In this document: positions 27,882 to 32,000 of the stretch, piece after piece | How positions within the stretch are numbered: the first letter of the stretch is position 1 | How the letters are laid out: each line of letters begins with the position of its first letter | Assembly (NCBI GenBank): GCA_005191425.1 | Contig: SUPR01000017.1 | Span: forward strand, 11,592-43,591 | Length of the DNA: 32,000 bases | Direction of reading: 5' to 3' | Source of the DNA: Candidatus Helarchaeota ASGARD archaeon Hel_GB_B | Lineage (GTDB): Archaea > Asgardarchaeota > Lokiarchaeia > Helarchaeales > HEL-GB-B | Translations under genes and position numbers: made by a program | Notes under the pieces: generated by a model | Database searches by the model: none | The model's input: the letters and a program-made list of their open reading frames with translations, nothing else | What the model was told of the DNA's origin: nothing

Positions 27882-28273
27882 TTCAATTAAATAATTAAAG
27901 AATTTTCGAGATTTTTCAATTTCAAAAAAATAGTAATTTCGAATATTGTTTTTTTGCTAACAAGAGTTTTTATGGGACACTTGAAAATAAAAAAGAGCGA
28001 AATTCCATATTTACCGGAATATTATGTAGGAGGAGGTTGGGTTATTTAAAATTGGGGTTCCAAGTGTCATTCCATAGCCCTCGTCAGCAGAAATTATAAT
28101 ACCTTATCTTTAATAATTTGTTCATAAATTTTTATAATATTTTATTAAATCTTGCTAGTAAATAAACAAACTCCTTTTACGTATACATATAATCAAAAAA
28201 TTTTTAAAAATTATTCTATTTAAAAATGTAAAATTTCTTCACATTTTTTAAAATTAGAAAAAGTGAAATTAAA

Positions 28274-29587
28274 TCAGTTTAAAATAGAATTCATATGCTC
28301 TATTCTTTTATTAATCAATTTTTGAGTTCCAATATCAGTCCTATGGAATAAATCCCCTTTAATATAAGATATTGATTGTTCTGCAATTTGTTCTGCTTTT
28401 GAAATATCTTTATCAATCCCTAATACAGCAATACTCCTCGATTTTGTGGTTTTTATTTTATTTCCTCGAAGATCAACGCTAGCAAAATAGAGATATCCTC
28501 CAATATCTTTAATTTTCTCAATATCTACAACTACTTCTGTTGGTTTTGCATTAATTGGGTATCCTGTAGGTGCTAGATATTTACAGACCGTTGATTTATT
28601 CTCAAATTTAATCTTAATTTTATTTAATGAACCTGAAATTATTTTTTCGCAAATTTCAATAAGATCAGATTTCAAAAGGGGTAAAACGTTCATTGCTTCT
28701 GGGTCGCCAAATCGGACGTTATATTCGACTAATTTAGGGCCATCTTTTGTAAGCATAAATTGTCCATACAAAATTCCTTTAAACTCATAACCGGTTTCTT
28801 TTTTAACTGCATTGATTGATTTTTCCATAATTAAAATGGCTTTTTTATAATCATTTTCTGAGATAAATGGGAGCAAATGGTCATTAAAGCTGTATGAGCC
28901 CATGCCACCCGTATTTGGCCCTGTATCATCGTTAAAGGCTCTTTTATGGTCTTGAACTAGTGGCATTCCTACTAAATGGGTGCCATCTACAAAGCTTTGA
29001 AGTGTGAATTCCTCTCCAATTAATTTCTCTTCAATAATTAATTTGCTACCTTTTGAAAACAATTCTTTACAATAATCGATAATTTCTTGTCGACTACGGA
29101 GATGATCTCCAAAAACTTTAACTCCTTTTCCCCCAGTTAAACCATCTGGTTTAATAGCAACTGAATCATTGAGTTCATCTAGAAAAGAACTTAATCCTTT
29201 AAGAGAATCAAATATTTTAAATTTAGGGTTTCCTTCTATTTTATATTTTTCAAGTAAATTCCGGGTAAAAATTTTGCTAGATTCTAACATTGCTGGAGCT
29301 TTAAAAGGTCCTATTGACGGAATATCTTCTTTACTTAGAAAATTAACTATACCATTTGCCAGTGGGTCTTCAGGACCAATAAAAGCGAAATCTAAATTTA
29401 ATCCTTTTATAAAAGTTTTTAACTTATCAAAATTATTTAAATTGGACAATAGTATTTCTTTTGACAATTTCGCTATTCCAGGGTTTTTTGATTTCATAAA
29501 AGCATAAATATTTGCTCCGCTAGAACTGAGAGTTTCAGTAATTACATGTTCTCGTGCTCCATGACCAACGATTAATATATTAGTCAT
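28274..29587 (-). CDS. purD: Phosphoribosylamine--glycine ligase
   Basis: ILIVGHGAREH, IGPEDPL, LESSKIFTR, KPDGLTGGKGV, QDHKR...GPNTGGMG and EYNVRFGDPE. Confidence 0.97.
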   Translation of the reverse strand: MTNILIVGHGAREHVITETLSSSGANIYAFMKSKNPGIAKLSKEILLSNLNNFDKLKTFIKGLNLDFAFIGPEDPLANGIVNFLSKEDIPSIGPFKAPAMLESSKIFTRNLLEKYKIEGNPKFKIFDSLKGLSSFLDELNDSVAIKPDGLTGGKGVKVFGDHLRSRQEIIDYCKELFSKGSKLIIEEKLIGEEFTLQSFVDGTHLVGMPLVQDHKRAFNDDTGPNTGGMGSYSFNDHLLPFISENDYKKAILIMEKSINAVKKETGYEFKGILYGQFMLTKDGPKLVEYNVRFGDPEAMNVLPLLKSDLIEICEKIISGSLNKIKIKFENKSTVCKYLAPTGYPINAKPTEVVVDIEKIKDIGGYLYFASVDLRGNKIKTTKSRSIAVLGIDKDISKAEQIAEQSISYIKGDLFHRTDIGTQKLINKRIEHMNSILN

Positions 29588-29673
29588 AATTATTCACATT
29601 TATCATCGATTAAATAATAAATAAAGTTGTGAAATTTTCATCTTATAATTATTAGAAATCTAAATTGTTTCAA

Positions 29674-31164
29674 TTAATTAATATTTCGTTCTATATTCAA
29701 TTCTTTTTCTAAAGTTTCTTTATCTATTAAATCAAGAGGGTATTTTCCAGTGAGACAAGCTAGGCATAGTTGGTTTTCTTTTAACCCTATTGAACGAATT
29801 AATCCATCTAAAGATTGATAAACAAGTGAATCAGCCCCTATTTTTTTACGAATTTCCTCAATTGTATGAGTTGCAGCTATTAATTGTTGACTTGAAGGGA
29901 AATCTATTCCCATATAACAAGAATCAACTATTGGTGGGCAGCTTACTCTAAAATGGATTTTTCCCGCTCCAGATTTTTTTAATAACGAAATTATATTTCT
30001 TGCAGTAGTGCTCCTAACTATCGAATCATCAAATAATATGATATCTTTACCTTTAATTTTACTTTTAACGGCATTTAACTTCATTCTAACTGAAATTTCT
30101 CGTTGTTGTTGACCTGGCATTATAAATGTCCTATGAACATATCTGTTTTTCATGAGTCCTTCGCATAAAGGAATTCCGGATTCTTTTGAAAATCCTGCAG
30201 CAGCTGTTCTACCTGAGTCAGGGATAGGTACTACATAATCTGCATCTACTAAGGAGGTCTTTGCTAATTCTATTCCTAATTTTTCTCTAACATCATAAAT
30301 CGTTTTACCATTAAAAATTGAATCAGGTCTCGCAAAATATACATATTCAAACATACATGTTGCTTTTCTGCTATTTTTCAGAGCAATTTTCGATTCAAGA
30401 CCATTATCATTGATCATCACTATTTCTCCAGGTTTAATATCTCGTTCTAATTTTGCATTAATAATGTCCAGAGCAACACTTTCAGATGCTATAACTTTTG
30501 TATCAATATCTTCAATGGTCCCAATACATAATGGCTTGAAACCCAAGGGGTCCCTAAATCCAAAAAGTTCACCTTTATTGTTAACTAAGGTAATGGAATA
30601 TGCTCCCTGTAATTCATTCATTACTAATTTTATAGCTTCAAAATAATCATATCCAGTTTCTTGGATATATTTAGATAATATATAGACTATAACTTCTGTA
30701 TCAGTAGAGGTTTTAAATGAATATTGATCTGAGTATCTCTTTTGTAAATCAATAAAATTAGTAAGAGTTCCATTAAAAGCTATAGAAAATTCTCCTTTCG
30801 GTAATTGACAATTAAAAGGCTGTGCATTTTCAATAGAGGAAACGCTAGTAGTAGAATATCTGACATGACCAATACCGACTCTTCCAAGTAATCCATTAAT
30901 TATTCTATCCGAAAAAACATTATATACCAAACCTAATGCTTTATATCCACTAATATGCTGGTTTGAGTGCATTGAAATTCCTGCACTTTCTTGGCCCCGG
31001 TGTTGTAAAGCAATAAGACCGTAATAAATTTTTCTACTTATTGAATGGCCATTTTCTGGGCAATATATGCCTAAAACGCCGCATTCTTCGTGTATTGATT
31101 TTTGATTAAAATAATTTACAAAATTTTTTCTGAAAGGAAAGAATCTACAATTGGAACAATTCAA
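29674..31164 (-). CDS. purF: Amidophosphoribosyltransferase
   Basis: HEECGVLG (Ntn Cys), LQHRGQESAG, GHVRYST, CMFEYVYFARPDS, PIPDSG and DDSIVRSTT. Confidence 0.97.
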   Translation of the reverse strand: MNCSNCRFFPFRKNFVNYFNQKSIHEECGVLGIYCPENGHSISRKIYYGLIALQHRGQESAGISMHSNQHISGYKALGLVYNVFSDRIINGLLGRVGIGHVRYSTTSVSSIENAQPFNCQLPKGEFSIAFNGTLTNFIDLQKRYSDQYSFKTSTDTEVIVYILSKYIQETGYDYFEAIKLVMNELQGAYSITLVNNKGELFGFRDPLGFKPLCIGTIEDIDTKVIASESVALDIINAKLERDIKPGEIVMINDNGLESKIALKNSRKATCMFEYVYFARPDSIFNGKTIYDVREKLGIELAKTSLVDADYVVPIPDSGRTAAAGFSKESGIPLCEGLMKNRYVHRTFIMPGQQQREISVRMKLNAVKSKIKGKDIILFDDSIVRSTTARNIISLLKKSGAGKIHFRVSCPPIVDSCYMGIDFPSSQQLIAATHTIEEIRKKIGADSLVYQSLDGLIRSIGLKENQLCLACLTGKYPLDLIDKETLEKELNIERNIN

Positions 31165-31165
31165 A

Positions 31166-32000
31166 TTAGATAGCTCCTATTAAATTAGGAATAGTTTCAA
31201 CATAAATTTTTTTCATTTTATTTAAATCGCATTTTAATGTCTGATTTTTTAATTTAATTGTGATATAATCATTTTTAGTCGTTTTTCCAATAATATTAAA
31301 AGGAACATTATATTTTTTGGCTATTAATTGAATTTGTTTAATATTTTCTAATTTAGTTGTTATTATTATTCTAGAATGTGACTCAGAAAACAGTAGAACA
31401 TCATCTCTTAACCCTTTTTGAATTTTTGAAAAATCTAAATCTGCACCATATTTGCTTAATAAACTCATTTTTATTGCTGCTATAGCAAGTCCACCTCTAG
31501 AACAGTCATGAGATGAAGTAATTAATTGATTGGAAATGATTTCTACTATTGCTTTAATCAAATTTTTTTCTCGTTGAATATCCACTTTTGGGACATTTCC
31601 TCCTTCTAAATTAAAAATATATTCTAAATATTCAGAACCACCTAATTCGTCAAATGTTTCTCCTAATAAAATGATTATTTCATCAGGAGATTTAAAATTT
31701 ATTGATATTCCTTTAGATACATCTTTAATTAATCCAACAACTGTAATTGATGGTGTTGGTTTAACAGCTATTTTTGTAGTGGAATCTTCATTATAAAAAC
31801 TTACATTTCCACCAACACAAGGTACAGCTAGACCACTTGCCACATCAGATAATCCTCTAATAGTTTCAACAAAAGTCCAGAAAACTTCGGGATTTTCTGG
31901 ATTACCAAAGTTCAGACAATCTACCATTGCAATAGGTTCTGCCCCTATAGTAGCAACATTTCGGCACGCTTCTATTAATGCGCCCCCACCGCCATTATAC
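31166..32000 (-). CDS. purL: Phosphoribosylformylglycinamidine synthase subunit PurL, 5' part outside the window
   Basis: Frame open from the window edge: YNGGGGALIEACRNVATIGAEPIAMVDCLNFGNPE, VGGNVSFYNE, HDCSRGGL and LFSESHSR. Confidence 0.95.
   Translation of the reverse strand, partial: YNGGGGALIEACRNVATIGAEPIAMVDCLNFGNPENPEVFWTFVETIRGLSDVASGLAVPCVGGNVSFYNEDSTTKIAVKPTPSITVVGLIKDVSKGISINFKSPDEIIILLGETFDELGGSEYLEYIFNLEGGNVPKVDIQREKNLIKAIVEIISNQLITSSHDCSRGGLAIAAIKMSLLSKYGADLDFSKIQKGLRDDVLLFSESHSRIIITTKLENIKQIQLIAKKYNVPFNIIGKTTKNDYITIKLKNQTLKCDLNKMKKIYVETIPNLIGAI

Noticed and set aside
28028-28125. GC-richer patch after purD, including a minus frame MNKLLKIRYYNFC-TGA-RGLW considered as a selenoprotein or an sRNA
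   Set aside because: Only about 27 codons, no CxxU motif, and no SECIS-like or other convincing stem found.
1-32000. tRNA, rRNA or CRISPR array
   Set aside because: No cloverleaf, no long GC-rich RNA tract and no repeat-spacer array seen; the 123-nt periodicity is coding.

Overview
Very AT-rich window (under about 30% GC by eye) from an archaeon, most likely Asgard (Loki/Hel-like). This is inferred from TFB, an archaeal-type Pgk, a longin/DENN-like domain fused to a Rab-like GTPase, a choline-transporter-like membrane protein and a PGF/Loki-CTERM-type surface protein. Core genes are a glycyl radical enzyme (partial, absent from the ORF track), gpmA, a polyferredoxin, pgk, acnA, an EamA transporter, tfb, a JAMM protease, and purL-purF-purD. 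Between pgk and acnA lies a roughly 7.8 kb decayed island holding a DDE transposase remnant, several gene fragments, and an IS110 remnant with a strongly structured non-coding end. The only intact genes in this island form a two-gene unit: a beta-class amino-DNA methyltransferase ending in a PIP-box-like motif, and an enlarged HhH-GPD [4Fe-4S] DNA glycosylase-like protein. That pair is the best candidate for an undescribed system, either base-excision restriction or a methyl-mark writer with an eraser/repair enzyme. Other highlights are a candidate IS110 bridge RNA, a flavoprotein gene broken only by two in-frame TAG codons, and a probable ATA/ATT start codon. All family calls come from motif reading only; no searches were run.
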